Of a DNA stretch of 64,000 bases, positions 10,180 through 19,753 are shown in pieces. Under the pieces are notes generated by a model. It ran no database searches, had not been told where the DNA came from, and saw only the letters and a list, made by a program, of their open reading frames with translations. Each line of letters starts with the position of its first letter. Position 1 is the first letter of the stretch. The position numbers and the translations under genes were made by a program. This stretch comes from an uncultured Pseudomonadota bacterium (GTDB lineage: Bacteria > Pseudomonadota > Gammaproteobacteria > Burkholderiales > SG8-39). Where the stretch lies: assembly GCA_963817785.1 (NCBI GenBank), contig CAWFPL010000008.1, positions 1,360,463-1,424,462 of the forward strand. Reading direction: 5' to 3'.

Positions 10180-11256
10180 TTAACCGAGGCTCTTCGCAAG
10201 GTATGGGCCGAAGAAGTTGGCCACCGGAATCGGCAGCCGCCGCCAGAGCGCGATCAGCGCGCGGTACTTCGGATTGAGGGGATTGTTCTCCGGTATGCGC
10301 TCTCGTCGGTACAAGCAGTACTCATAAGCGAGCGGGGTCGGCTCGAAGCCCCAGTTCTTCTTGAATTCGAATGGGCCGGTGCCCCGCTTGCTGCGCCCAT
10401 AGTCGAACACCCGGATTTTCCGCTCGCACGCGCGGCGCATGAGCTCCCAGTATTTGAAGTCGTTCGCCGCCAGCTCGCGCGCCGCGACCGTATCGCCTGC
10501 GTAGTAGGGCAAGACCTCGTCCCTGAAGTAGAAGCTGAGCACACCCGAAACCGCCTTGCCGCTCGGGTCAGTGATCGTAAGCATTTCGACATCACGGCCG
10601 AACGTCTTGCGCAGTGCCTCAAAGTAGCGCTTGGGCAATGGGGGCGTCCCGTGCCGGTGCATATTGTCCGCGTAAAGCGAAAAGAAGGCTTCGATTTCGT
10701 CGTCGATCCGGCTGCTCAGGCCGCTCTTCATGCCCTTGCGCACCATCGCACGCTGCTTACGCGGGATGGCGAGCATGTTTGCCTCGACCTCAGGCAGGAT
10801 CGTCTTGCGGAACGCAACATAAAGCTCTTGCCGCGGCCACATGGGCTCGCGCGGCGCTCGATCACGCAGCTCAAGATGCTGTGCCCCTGCGTGCTCGGCT
10901 AGCTCACGAGCCGCGCGATGCAACGCGGGGATTGCCCCTTGCTCAGTCGCCGCAACGCCGCCGACGGCGCAGAACGGCAACGAAATCAATGCGTGGCCAA
11001 ATAGGAGGCTCTTTACCTCGGCCAAAGGCAATATGCCGACAAGCTGCGAGGAGCGCTCTGCCAAAAGATAGTGCGTTCGATGCCCGAAGCATCCTTCGAG
11101 GATGTCCTTCCAGCCGATGCGATGAAAGAACGTCGCTTCGGGGCACAGTTGTACGAACTCCTCCCACCGGGCGGAATCCCCGCGCGCGAACGCCCGTACC
11201 CGGGGTTCATCCGCCGCTTGGGGGGCTATGGCGTCGAGCATTGCTTGCGCGCGCAT
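10180..11256 (-). CDS. FemAB-family protein, XrtA/PEP-CTERM system-associated
   Basis: ORF 10180..11307. FemAB/GNAT-like body (…FDYGRSKRGTGPFEFKKNWGFEP…). The start is uncertain: 11307, 11256 (MRAQAML) or 11241 (MLDAI). Confidence 0.8.
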   Translation of the reverse strand: MRAQAMLDAIAPQAADEPRVRAFARGDSARWEEFVQLCPEATFFHRIGWKDILEGCFGHRTHYLLAERSSQLVGILPLAEVKSLLFGHALISLPFCAVGGVAATEQGAIPALHRAARELAEHAGAQHLELRDRAPREPMWPRQELYVAFRKTILPEVEANMLAIPRKQRAMVRKGMKSGLSSRIDDEIEAFFSLYADNMHRHGTPPLPKRYFEALRKTFGRDVEMLTITDPSGKAVSGVLSFYFRDEVLPYYAGDTVAARELAANDFKYWELMRRACERKIRVFDYGRSKRGTGPFEFKKNWGFEPTPLAYEYCLYRRERIPENNPLNPKYRALIALWRRLPIPVANFFGPYLAKSLG

Positions 11257-11487
11257 CGTTTGCCAGGGGCGGTGCGGGACTTGCCAAGCCAGCGTAGCCT
11301 TCCCCACGAAAATACTGCCATTATCGGGCCGCTCCTGCGTGGACTATTATGCCCACGAAATCACGTTGTTAGACCGCGGTCCAGCGTAGATCCCCCACCC
11401 GGTGCTGCTCCGTTCCTCGAGGCGCTCGCCTGAGCACCCTGATTCGCGAAAGAAGCAGCTTAGCGAGAGTACGGAAACAGCGACAAT

Positions 11488-11509
11488 GGGCCGTTCGGGC
11501 TAACGGCCC
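11488..11509 (-). terminator. hairpin at the stop codon of the DUF218 gene (possible intra-locus terminator)
   Basis: gggccgtt/aacggccc 8-bp stem with a 6-nt loop containing the stop codon (11500-11502). The downstream minus-strand tail is only moderately U-rich. Confidence 0.35.
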
Positions 11510-12321
11510 GGACTGTCCGCCACGGCCTTCCCGGGCGCCGTTCGCGCCCGATCGGAACTGGATACCCAAGAAGAAATTCGTCGAACCGCATTCGCAAGCA
11601 ACTCGTAAAGGGCATAGTAGCTCCCTTGGAGCGCCCCCATACTCGGCAAGAGCTCAAGTGGACTGTCGTAGGCGCCACCCGGGATGCCGATAGGAGCCGG
11701 AATGACCCTAAGACCCGCCGCCGTGAACTCTGCAGCAGCCCGTGGCATGTCGAAGCTGTGCGCGACGAGGATGATGCGATGGACGCCGGCTCTCAGGAGG
11801 ATGTGTGCAGAGTCGATCGCATTCTCGTGCGTGTTACGCGATTTCCCTTCCACCCACTCGACCTTGATGCCGAACTCGTCCTGGAGGGCGTTGTTCATGA
11901 GGACCGCTTCCGGAGTGCCGCCAAACACCGCTCCTCCGGTCACCAGCACCGGGAGCTTGATTCGTCGCGCGAGCCAAGCGCCGTAGCGCACGCGCTCGAG
12001 AGTCAGGCGACCGAGCGTGTCACCGCCATACTCGGGGGCCGCCCGACGAATCCCTCCGCCGAGGATCACGATAGCCTGGGCGTCATGGGCGCGCACGAGG
12101 TTGATTGGGGGGCTGTCGTCGAGGGTGCCCAGAAGGGCCTGCGAGATCGCCGGCAGCGACAGCGCGATAAGCGCCAGGACACCGGCCCAGGCCATTGCGC
12201 GACCGAGGCGCGGGCGCGTGCCTTGAAGCGCCAGACCGAGCAGCGCAATCAGTAACGGCCCCGTCGGCGGAAGAACGAGCGCGGTGAGCAGCTTCTTGAG
12301 GAAAAACCACTCCGCCGTCAC
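11500..12321 (-). CDS. YdcF/DUF218 family protein
   Basis: ORF 11500..12438. DUF218 core (AIVILGGG…LPVLVTGG…NTHENA…IILVAHSFDMPRA). There is no internal ATG, so the likely start is GTG at 12321 (VTAEWFFLKKLL, TM helix). Confidence 0.7.
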   Translation of the reverse strand: MTAEWFFLKKLLTALVLPPTGPLLIALLGLALQGTRPRLGRAMAWAGVLALIALSLPAISQALLGTLDDSPPINLVRAHDAQAIVILGGGIRRAAPEYGGDTLGRLTLERVRYGAWLARRIKLPVLVTGGAVFGGTPEAVLMNNALQDEFGIKVEWVEGKSRNTHENAIDSAHILLRAGVHRIILVAHSFDMPRAAAEFTAAGLRVIPAPIGIPGGAYDSPLELLPSMGALQGSYYALYELLANAVRRISSWVSSSDRARTAPGKAVADSPGR

Positions 12322-12468
12322 GGCGCAACCCTCTATGGCTGGCGCGTGGCCGCGGCCGTTTGAGTCGCGGCGAAACTTGAGCAGCCGTGCGAGCCCTTGG
12401 GCGTGGCAGTCACTCGTTTCCGGAGGGCGGCAGAGCACCCGAGCGTCGAAGAATGCGCTGGCGGACGG

Positions 12469-13233
12469 TCATGACGCGCGGCGCGCGCCCCGCTGAAGGC
12501 GCACGGCCCGTTGAACCTCCTCGGCAATGGCCTTATACATTGGACGAACAATGAAGTTAAGCCCGGCAATGATGCTCCTCACGTCCATCATCGAGGGAAC
12601 ACGCATGCCGCGGTGCTCGACGGGACTGCCGATCTGCTCGATCGCTACTCCCAACCTCGAAAAATGTTTGGCGAGCCTCGGCTCGGTCAGAACGAAAAGC
12701 GTGTCGATGTCGTGCAGGACCGCAAGCTCGACCGTGCCGAGATACAACCCGACCAAAAGATGCGGAAAGCGCGGCTTCTCGCCCGCGCCAAAGCTCTTCT
12801 CCGATAGGGGCGCGGCCTGCCTGCGTTCACCGCTACGGCGACGGTAGGCGGCGGTGATGGCGAGACGGGAGACCTCCGCGATGCGCTGTCGCGGCAGTGC
12901 CCGAGGATCAACGATCGAGCGGTCGATCGCTCGGGCGCAGGTCTTCTCGAACGGCAGCGGGTACAGAGGATCGCCCGGCCGCGCCAGCACCAGTCGCGTA
13001 CAGCCCGCGTATTCCCCGGTCGGCACGCTGCGAATCAGGCAGTGAAGCGAATGCGCGTCGTACTCGTCGCGCTCGCGTCCATCGGACCGCTCGGCCTCGA
13101 ATTTAAGCTCCTCGCAGTAAACCTGGTGCCGGATGCGATAGGCCTGGTCACGAAGTTCATCGGTGAGCGCCGGAACGATCTCGAAATACCGCCTGAAGGC
13201 CGTTCCCAAGTTTGGCATCTCGAAGAGCGCCAT
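12469..13233 (-). CDS. PEP-CTERM/exosortase system-associated acyltransferase (LuxI-like N-acyl amino acid synthase family)
   Basis: 254 aa. MALFEMPNLGTAFRRYFEIVPA…LRDQAYRIRHQVYCEELKFE… and EVSRLAI match the family from memory. Confidence 0.8.
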   Translation of the reverse strand: MALFEMPNLGTAFRRYFEIVPALTDELRDQAYRIRHQVYCEELKFEAERSDGRERDEYDAHSLHCLIRSVPTGEYAGCTRLVLARPGDPLYPLPFEKTCARAIDRSIVDPRALPRQRIAEVSRLAITAAYRRRSGERRQAAPLSEKSFGAGEKPRFPHLLVGLYLGTVELAVLHDIDTLFVLTEPRLAKHFSRLGVAIEQIGSPVEHRGMRVPSMMDVRSIIAGLNFIVRPMYKAIAEEVQRAVRLQRGARRAS

Positions 13234-14224
13234 GGCTCACCCCCTCCCCTCGGGCGCTTGAGCATCATAGGCCATCTGCGCCGAACCATAAAGCCGCCCC
13301 CCCGGTGCAAAGCGCCGCGCCAAGCTCCAGCGGCGAACGCTGCGATCCCCCCGCAGAATCGAAGACAACCTCTGCTTCTGACCTGCGTACATCGCAGCGG
13401 AGCCTACGGATGGTTACGAAGCGTGCAGGTCGGCTTGGAATTGCGTATATTCGCCGACGGCGCATCCCGACGGCTGGAATCCGAATTGGGGGGTGTGCAT
13501 CGGTATGTCGCGCGTCATTTCGGCGGCCAGGACGGCCCGTAAGCTTTTGGGGGGTTCCGACGGCACCTTCCCATGACCATGCAGTTGCTGTACGTGCGTA
13601 ACGCCGCCACGGTGGTACGCGCCCCGCTGGACACACAGTGAACGACCGGCAAGCGCGGCAACCCGTAGGCTGCGCCGAGCCGCTCTTCCGTAGTGCGCAG
13701 ACTTCCGAGCAATGGTCCCCCCGCTGCGAACAGGATGAACTCGCATGAGGAATCTCTCCGTAGACGCTCAGTCGCTACACGTGTCCCCCAACCAAGGCGA
13801 CATCACGATGCTCACCCAGGACCTGTTACACGAGAGATACCCTCGGAGAGCGGTGCGCGCGCCCTGATGAGGCTTCCAAATCGGATAAGCGAGCCGAGTG
13901 GAGGCTCGACACGGTCCCTCCGGGCGGTGCTTCGAAGTCCCTACAACGGCACGCGCAATGCTGCCAATGTCGAACGCCTATGCCAGAGACGCGAGCGCCG
14001 GGATTTCGACGACGTGCTTGAGCTCATGCGCTTTACGCACGCGCTGCTCCAGCGCGAAGGCCGAAAATGGCACCAGGCATTTCTTGACCTCGCGACGATG
14101 CCGTCGGCACTTTTCGACTGAAGGAAAGTGTTCGAGGCCGAAGCGCCGACATTTGCGGTCACGATGACAACAGAGAGTCCCCGGGGCATCATTCGAGTTG
14201 GCGACGAGGTGCGCCTGGTTGATT

Positions 14225-14878
14225 ATGGTCCGAGCGACCAACCCCTGGCTCCAACTCCCCCTTCCGGAGTATGAGGCGCATATGGTGCTGCCTAACGTGG
14301 CGCAGGCAGCGCTCTTGGGCGACCTGTTCGCGGAGATGCTCGAGGCCTATGCACCGCGCTCGGTGGCCGTCCTCGGCTGCGCCGGCGGCAATGGCTTAGA
14401 GCGCATATCGCCGGATATCACCAAGCGCGTGGTGGGCGTCGACATCAATCCTGCCTACGTCGGAGCCTGCGGCGGTCGATTCTGGAGCCGGCACCCGGGG
14501 CTTGAGCTTTACGTCGGCGACCTCGAAAAGGAAGACCTCGGCTTCGCACCTGTGGACCTCGTCTACGCGGGACTTGTGCTCGAGTATGTCGATGTGGCCG
14601 CTGCCTTGAAGCGCATCCGCCCGATGCTCGAGCCCGGCGGAGTCTTCGGAACGGTCGTTCAGCTCCCGAGCCCCGGCACCGCTGTGGTGACGCCTTCGCC
14701 GCTCGCGCACGTTCAAGCGCTATCCCGGGTCATGCGTCTCGTGTCGCCCAAAGGCCTGCAGGAGCTCGCGGCGCGGCAAGGCCTCGAGCAGACTGCCTCC
14801 CGCCAAGTGAAGTCGCGCGCGGGCAAGGGCTTTCAGGTGCAGACGTTCCGCCTGCGCAGCACAGCAGCCAACGCTTGA
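14225..14878 (+). CDS. class I SAM-dependent methyltransferase
   Basis: ORF 14198..14878, whose first codon is TTG. ATG at 14225 gives MVRATNPW…. SAM motif I VAVLGCAGGNG and post-I VGVDINP. Confidence 0.7.
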   Translation: MVRATNPWLQLPLPEYEAHMVLPNVAQAALLGDLFAEMLEAYAPRSVAVLGCAGGNGLERISPDITKRVVGVDINPAYVGACGGRFWSRHPGLELYVGDLEKEDLGFAPVDLVYAGLVLEYVDVAAALKRIRPMLEPGGVFGTVVQLPSPGTAVVTPSPLAHVQALSRVMRLVSPKGLQELAARQGLEQTASRQVKSRAGKGFQVQTFRLRSTAANA

Positions 14879-15008
14879 CTACGGAACCGCATTGCCAGCT
14901 CGAGGGCGTGAGCAGCTGGCCCCCCTGCAATTCTCGCTTGGCGACGCTTGCTGGTTCACACTTGGCCCTAGCACAAACCCCGCAGTGCGCAACCTTGCCA
15001 CCGCCCGG

Positions 15009-16671
15009 TCAGCCAGAATGCCTGCGAGGGGCGAGCCTGATGACATTCGCTGGCAGCTCGCTCTCGGCTGCCGCTTGTAGCTCGCAGGCCGCGGACCACG
15101 GCATGGCCCGCCGCAGGTCCGCATCGACGCCCTCAAGCTCATCGAGCGCCTGACGCAGCAGCTCAGCCGCACGGTCTGCCGAGCCGGTGTCGCGCATTAG
15201 CTCCCCCATGGAGACCGAAGCACCCTTCGAAAGACGCGCCCTGCCCTTGTGCACCCGCGTGCCTTCTTGCGAGAAGGCTTCGTCCAGGCGCTCGGCGAGC
15301 TTGCGCGCGCACAGGTGTGCATACCGAAGCAGCATGCGGGGGTCCCGGTGCCCGGAGATGGCTTGGAGGTCCACGAGCGTAAACTTCCCCGTATCGGCGA
15401 TTCGGCTCAGGCCCTCATGTCTGAGGTCATGAATGTGCAGGCTCTCCACCCCAGCGCGTGCGCGAATTCGCTCCCAAGCGTTCTTCAGGTCGTCCACCGA
15501 TATCGGAAAGACCCTCTCATTGTCGCGCGGCAGCCCCCGGAGCGCCGCAGGGAGCGGCCGAACGAGCGGCACGGTCCGTGGCCGGCCGCTTTTCGTCTCT
15601 GGGAAGTGCGCCGTGCGGTCTTCGAAGTCAAGGCGTTTCCAGACGAGATTCAAGGCCTCGCTTCGGCGTGCGGCGCTCCCAAGCAAGAACCGGATGAGGG
15701 TCTCGTAAAGGGGCACGTGCGTGTAGCGCTCGCGTGCGAGCGGTAGCAGGTCCGCCCGGGCCGCGGCGAGGAAGCGCTTCCGGGCCGATGCGCCGTTCAG
15801 CGCCGCAGCCTTTTCTCGAAAAGGCGCAAGGAGCCGCTCGAGCTCAAGGCCGATGGAGCGGATGCGGTCCTCCTCGTGCGCCCCGGCCATGAGGCGCGCC
15901 TCCTCGTCACCCTTTAGGCGGCGGTCGCGCTCGTTGAAATATTTAGGCCGGCGAACGCCCTCCATGGGCCGCTGGGGGACGCTATAGCGCCAGGTGCCGA
16001 TGGCGAGGTTGCACACCGCCGAGAGCAGGTCGAGCTCGCGGTCCACGGTCGCCGGGAGGACGTCCTCCAGCCGGTCGCGAATGTAGGTCTCGAAGTCCTC
16101 TGGCTCGAGCTGCGCGAAGGGCTTATCGAGAAACTCAAGATTCGAGATTGCCTCGCGCCGCGGCCGGTTGCGGCCGGTCTTTCGCGCATCAGTGGGCTTG
16201 AGCCCGTCGGCTGCCTCGGGTTGCTCGCCAATCGTCTTGGGAAGCGGCACGACGGCGTTTCCGCTATCGGCGAGAAACGCGTTCAGCCGATAGGTTTCCG
16301 ACTCGGCCCCCTTGTGCTTGGGGCATTCCTCGCGGATATAGCGCGCGATGAGCTCGGCAAGCGTGACGCGCTGTGACTTCGTGTAGTCGATAAATAGGCC
16401 CCTCGAGTGCTCCTCCTGCATCTTCGCCGCGATGGCTTCGGCCTCTTTCACCGAGCGCGCAGTGTACTGCTGGGACTTGAAGCCTTTGGTGCGAACCCGA
16501 ACGAGGATGCAGTCCTCGTACTGGCCGACGGTGGGTTTAAATCCTTGCGCGCGCAGCTCGTCGCGGTAGGCCGCGACTTTGGCGAGCGCGTCGTAGGGGG
16601 AACTCGCGCGTGAGGTCCTCGCGCGTCTTGACCTTGACGAAATAGCGCGAGCGGTTCACGAACGTGGCCAT
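15009..16671 (-). pseudogene. tyrosine recombinase/phage-type integrase, apparently frameshifted near the N-terminus
   Basis: ORF 15009..16451 has ARRSEAL, HDLRHEG and LLRYAH (R…HxxR…Y). ATG at 16671 with RBS GGGAG encodes MATFVNRSRYFVKVKTREDLTRE. It joins the main frame (…PYDALAKVAAYRDELRAQGFKP…VKEAEAIAAKMQ) only if one C of the C5 run (plus-strand g5 at 16596-16600) is removed. Confidence 0.7.
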
Positions 16672-16761
16672 GCGTGACTCCCGAATGACAGGGTCACGCG
16701 TATAGGCGAAGCAGTTTAGCCTTCGGGCGCTAAGGACTTATACGAGCCTTGGCGCTCGCAA

Positions 16762-16783
16762 ATTTGGCACAGATTTGGCACAG
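16762..16783. repeat. perfect tandem duplication of an 11-mer (atttggcacag x2) between int and tRNA-Pro
   Basis: Read directly: 16762-16772 equals 16773-16783. Confidence 0.9.
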
Positions 16784-16839
16784 AAGCTGACAAGCCCCTG
16801 CGGTGCATTTTTGCGGCGCCTTGACTCGTCAGGGAAAAT

Positions 16840-16916
16840 TGGTCGGGGTGAGAGGATTTGAACCTCCGACTCCTGCGTCCCGAACGCAGTACTCTACCAG
16901 GCTGAGCTACACCCCG
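16840..16916 (-). tRNA. tRNA-Pro (anticodon CGG)
   Basis: The reverse complement reads CGGGGTGTAGCTCAGCCTGGTAGAGTACTGCGTTCGGGACGCAGGAGTCGGAGGTTCAAATCCTCTCACCCCGACCA. It forms a cloverleaf with anticodon loop tTCGGGa, a GGTTCAAATCC T-arm and an encoded CCA. Confidence 0.95.
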
Positions 16917-16946
16917 ACGGGATCACCGCGCTGCGCCGGCCGCAAG

Positions 16947-17915
16947 TCAATGGCGACGCGCCACGGAAAAGGTCGCCAATTCTAGCAGAGAATCCCTGTG
17001 CACCGAATGCGGCAGCGACTCGATCGCGCGCCGGGCCGCCTCGGCCTCGCGCTCGGCCACTTCACGGGCGTAGGCGAGCGCGCCAGTGCGCTCTATGACC
17101 TCGAGAACGAGCGGGAAATCCTGCCGCCCGCCCTCGACGATTGCCCGGCGCACCATCTGCGCCTGCTCGTGCGAACCCTGGCGCAAGGCGTAGATCAGCG
17201 GCAGCGTCGGCTTGCCTTCGGCGAGGTCGTCGCCGAGGCTCTTGCCGATCGCCGGCGCGTCACCCGAGTAATCGAGCACGTCGTCGATCAGCTGGAAGGC
17301 CGTACCGACGCGCATCCCGTATCCCGCGAGCGCCTCCTCGGCTGGCTGGGGGGCGTTCGCCAGGACGCCTCCCAGGCGCGCCGCCGCCTCGAACAGCTTT
17401 GCCGTTTTCCTGCGAACCACCGCCAGATACCGCGCCTCGTCGACTTCCGGATCGTGGCAGTTCAGCAGCTGCAGCACCTCGCCTTCGGCGATCGCGTTGG
17501 TGGCATCCGCAAGCACCTGCATGACGCGCATGCCGCCGATCCCGACCATCATCTGGAAGGCGCGCGAATAGAGAAAATCGCCTACCAGGACCGAAGCGGC
17601 GTTGCCGAAGGCCGCATTGGCGGTCTTGCGGCCGCGGCGCAGCTCGGACTCGTCGACGACGTCGTCGTGCAGCAGGGTCGCGGTGTGGATGAACTCGACC
17701 ACCGCCGCGAGCTCGAGGCACGCCTCGCCGCGATAGCCGACCGCGCCCGCGGCGAGCAGGACCAGCGCGGGCCGCAGCCGTTTGCCGCCGCCGGTCACGA
17801 TGTATTCCGCCACTTGGCGGATGAGCCCCACCTCGGAGTCGAGCCGCCTGCGGATCAGCGCATCGACGCGCTGCATGTCTTCGGCGATCAGGTCCAAGGC
17901 GGAGATGGTATTCAT
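16947..17915 (-). CDS. ispB: octaprenyl-diphosphate synthase
   Basis: Starts MNTISALDLIAEDM inside ORF 16947..17972. Both polyprenyl synthase Asp-rich motifs are present (LLHDDVVDES, FQLIDDVLDY). Confidence 0.9.
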   Translation of the reverse strand: MNTISALDLIAEDMQRVDALIRRRLDSEVGLIRQVAEYIVTGGGKRLRPALVLLAAGAVGYRGEACLELAAVVEFIHTATLLHDDVVDESELRRGRKTANAAFGNAASVLVGDFLYSRAFQMMVGIGGMRVMQVLADATNAIAEGEVLQLLNCHDPEVDEARYLAVVRRKTAKLFEAAARLGGVLANAPQPAEEALAGYGMRVGTAFQLIDDVLDYSGDAPAIGKSLGDDLAEGKPTLPLIYALRQGSHEQAQMVRRAIVEGGRQDFPLVLEVIERTGALAYAREVAEREAEAARRAIESLPHSVHRDSLLELATFSVARRH

Positions 17916-17980
17916 GGATCGGCACCGCGCGGCCGGCCGAAATGGCCGGCTCAGGCCGGCGAAGGTTAGCACAACGGGCT

Positions 17981-18010
17981 TTGACGCGGGTCGCAGAAAT
18001 CCCCTATAAT
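17981..18010 (+). promoter_or_regulatory. sigma-70-type promoter for rplU-rpmA(-obg)
   Basis: TTGACG (17981-17986), an 18-nt spacer, then TATAAT (18005-18010), 35 nt upstream of the rplU ATG. Confidence 0.55.
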
Positions 18011-18044
18011 TCCAAGTCTTTGCAGGTTCGAATCAGGGAATATC

Positions 18045-18362
18045 ATGTACGCGGTAATCAAGACCGGCGGCAAACAGTATCGGGTCCAGTCCGGCGAGCA
18101 GTTGCGCGTCGAGGCGCTGCCCGCCGAAGTCGGCTCGGGGGTGTCGTTCGACGAGGTATTGATGGTCGGCGAGGGCGACGCGGTGCGCGTCGGCGTTCCC
18201 TTCGTCTCCGGCGCGCAGGTCAAGGCCACCGTGGTGGCGCACGGCCGGGGCGACAAAGTGATGATCTTCAAGCTGCGCCGTCGCAAGCATTCCAAGACGA
18301 CCCAAGGGCACCGGCAGGGCTATACCGAGGTCCGTATCGACGACATCGTCGGCGGCGCCTGA
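18045..18362 (+). CDS. rplU: 50S ribosomal protein L21
   Basis: [14 protein letters not shown]… is the canonical L21 sequence. Confidence 0.97.
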   Translation: MYAVIKTGGKQYRVQSGEQLRVEALPAEVGSGVSFDEVLMVGEGDAVRVGVPFVSGAQVKATVVAHGRGDKVMIFKLRRRKHSKTTQGHRQGYTEVRIDDIVGGA

Positions 18363-18380
18363 AACGGGGAGGACACAGCA

Positions 18381-18638
18381 ATGGCACACAAGAAGGCGGG
18401 CGGCAGCTCACGCAACGGCCGCGACTCACAGGCCAAGCGGCTCGGAGTCAAGGTCTTTGGCGGCCAGACGGTGAGCCCGGGCCGGATCCTGGTGCGGCAG
18501 CGCGGCACCCAGGTACATCCGGGCCAGAACGTGGGCATCGGGCGCGACCACACCCTGTTCGCGAAGGTCGCGGGTCGGGTCGAGTACGGCGTGAAGGGCG
18601 AAAACAGCAAGAAAACCGTGAGCGTGGTCCCGGCGTAG
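18381..18638 (+). CDS. rpmA: 50S ribosomal protein L27
   Basis: [24 protein letters not shown]… is the canonical L27 sequence. Confidence 0.97.
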   Translation: MAHKKAGGSSRNGRDSQAKRLGVKVFGGQTVSPGRILVRQRGTQVHPGQNVGIGRDHTLFAKVAGRVEYGVKGENSKKTVSVVPA

Positions 18639-18658
18639 CCGCCGGGACCCGGAACCCG

Positions 18659-19743
<1,085 letters not shown>

Positions 19744-19753
19744 GAGTCCGAGC

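Larger units (their letters stand above)
13234..16839. mobile_element. putative decayed integrative islet at the 3' end of tRNA-Pro (integrase pseudogene + methyltransferase + low-coding DNA); left boundary undefined
   Basis: The tyrosine integrase lies directly downstream of, and co-oriented with, the tRNA 3' end. The 13234-14224 stretch looks lower in GC/GC3 than its flanks. I found no att direct repeat of the tRNA 3' end. Confidence 0.35.

Noticed and set aside
13306-13324. Sigma-54-like element upstream of the XrtA-locus acyltransferase (minus strand cTTGGCGCggcgcTTTGCA).
   Set aside because: The GG-to-GC spacing is 11 nt instead of the invariant 10, and the -24 box has a mismatch. It is not good enough to call, though PrsR/sigma-54 control of such loci would be plausible.
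13470-13497. tRNA T-arm-like string (minus strand ccaattcggattccagccg) that might have been the islet's distal att remnant.
   Set aside because: It does not match the tRNA-Pro 3' segment (ggttcaaatcctctcaccccgacca) beyond a few bases, and no acceptor-stem continuation is present.
13693-14241. ORFs 13693..14121(+) and 13978..14241(-) as genes.
   Set aside because: They are antisense to each other with equal, mediocre codon bias. The minus one starts with TTG and overlaps the methyltransferase start region. No family was recognised for either. They are left uncalled and flagged as a finding instead.
16765-16780. TGGCACagattTGGCA, with correct GG-N10-GC sigma-54 spacing on the plus strand.
   Set aside because: It is created by the 11-mer tandem duplication and points into the antisense of tRNA-Pro and ispB, with no plus-strand gene downstream. 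It is treated as coincidental.
16803-16985. 60-aa ORF on the plus strand.
   Set aside because: It is simply the antisense reading of tRNA-Pro and the ispB 3' end.
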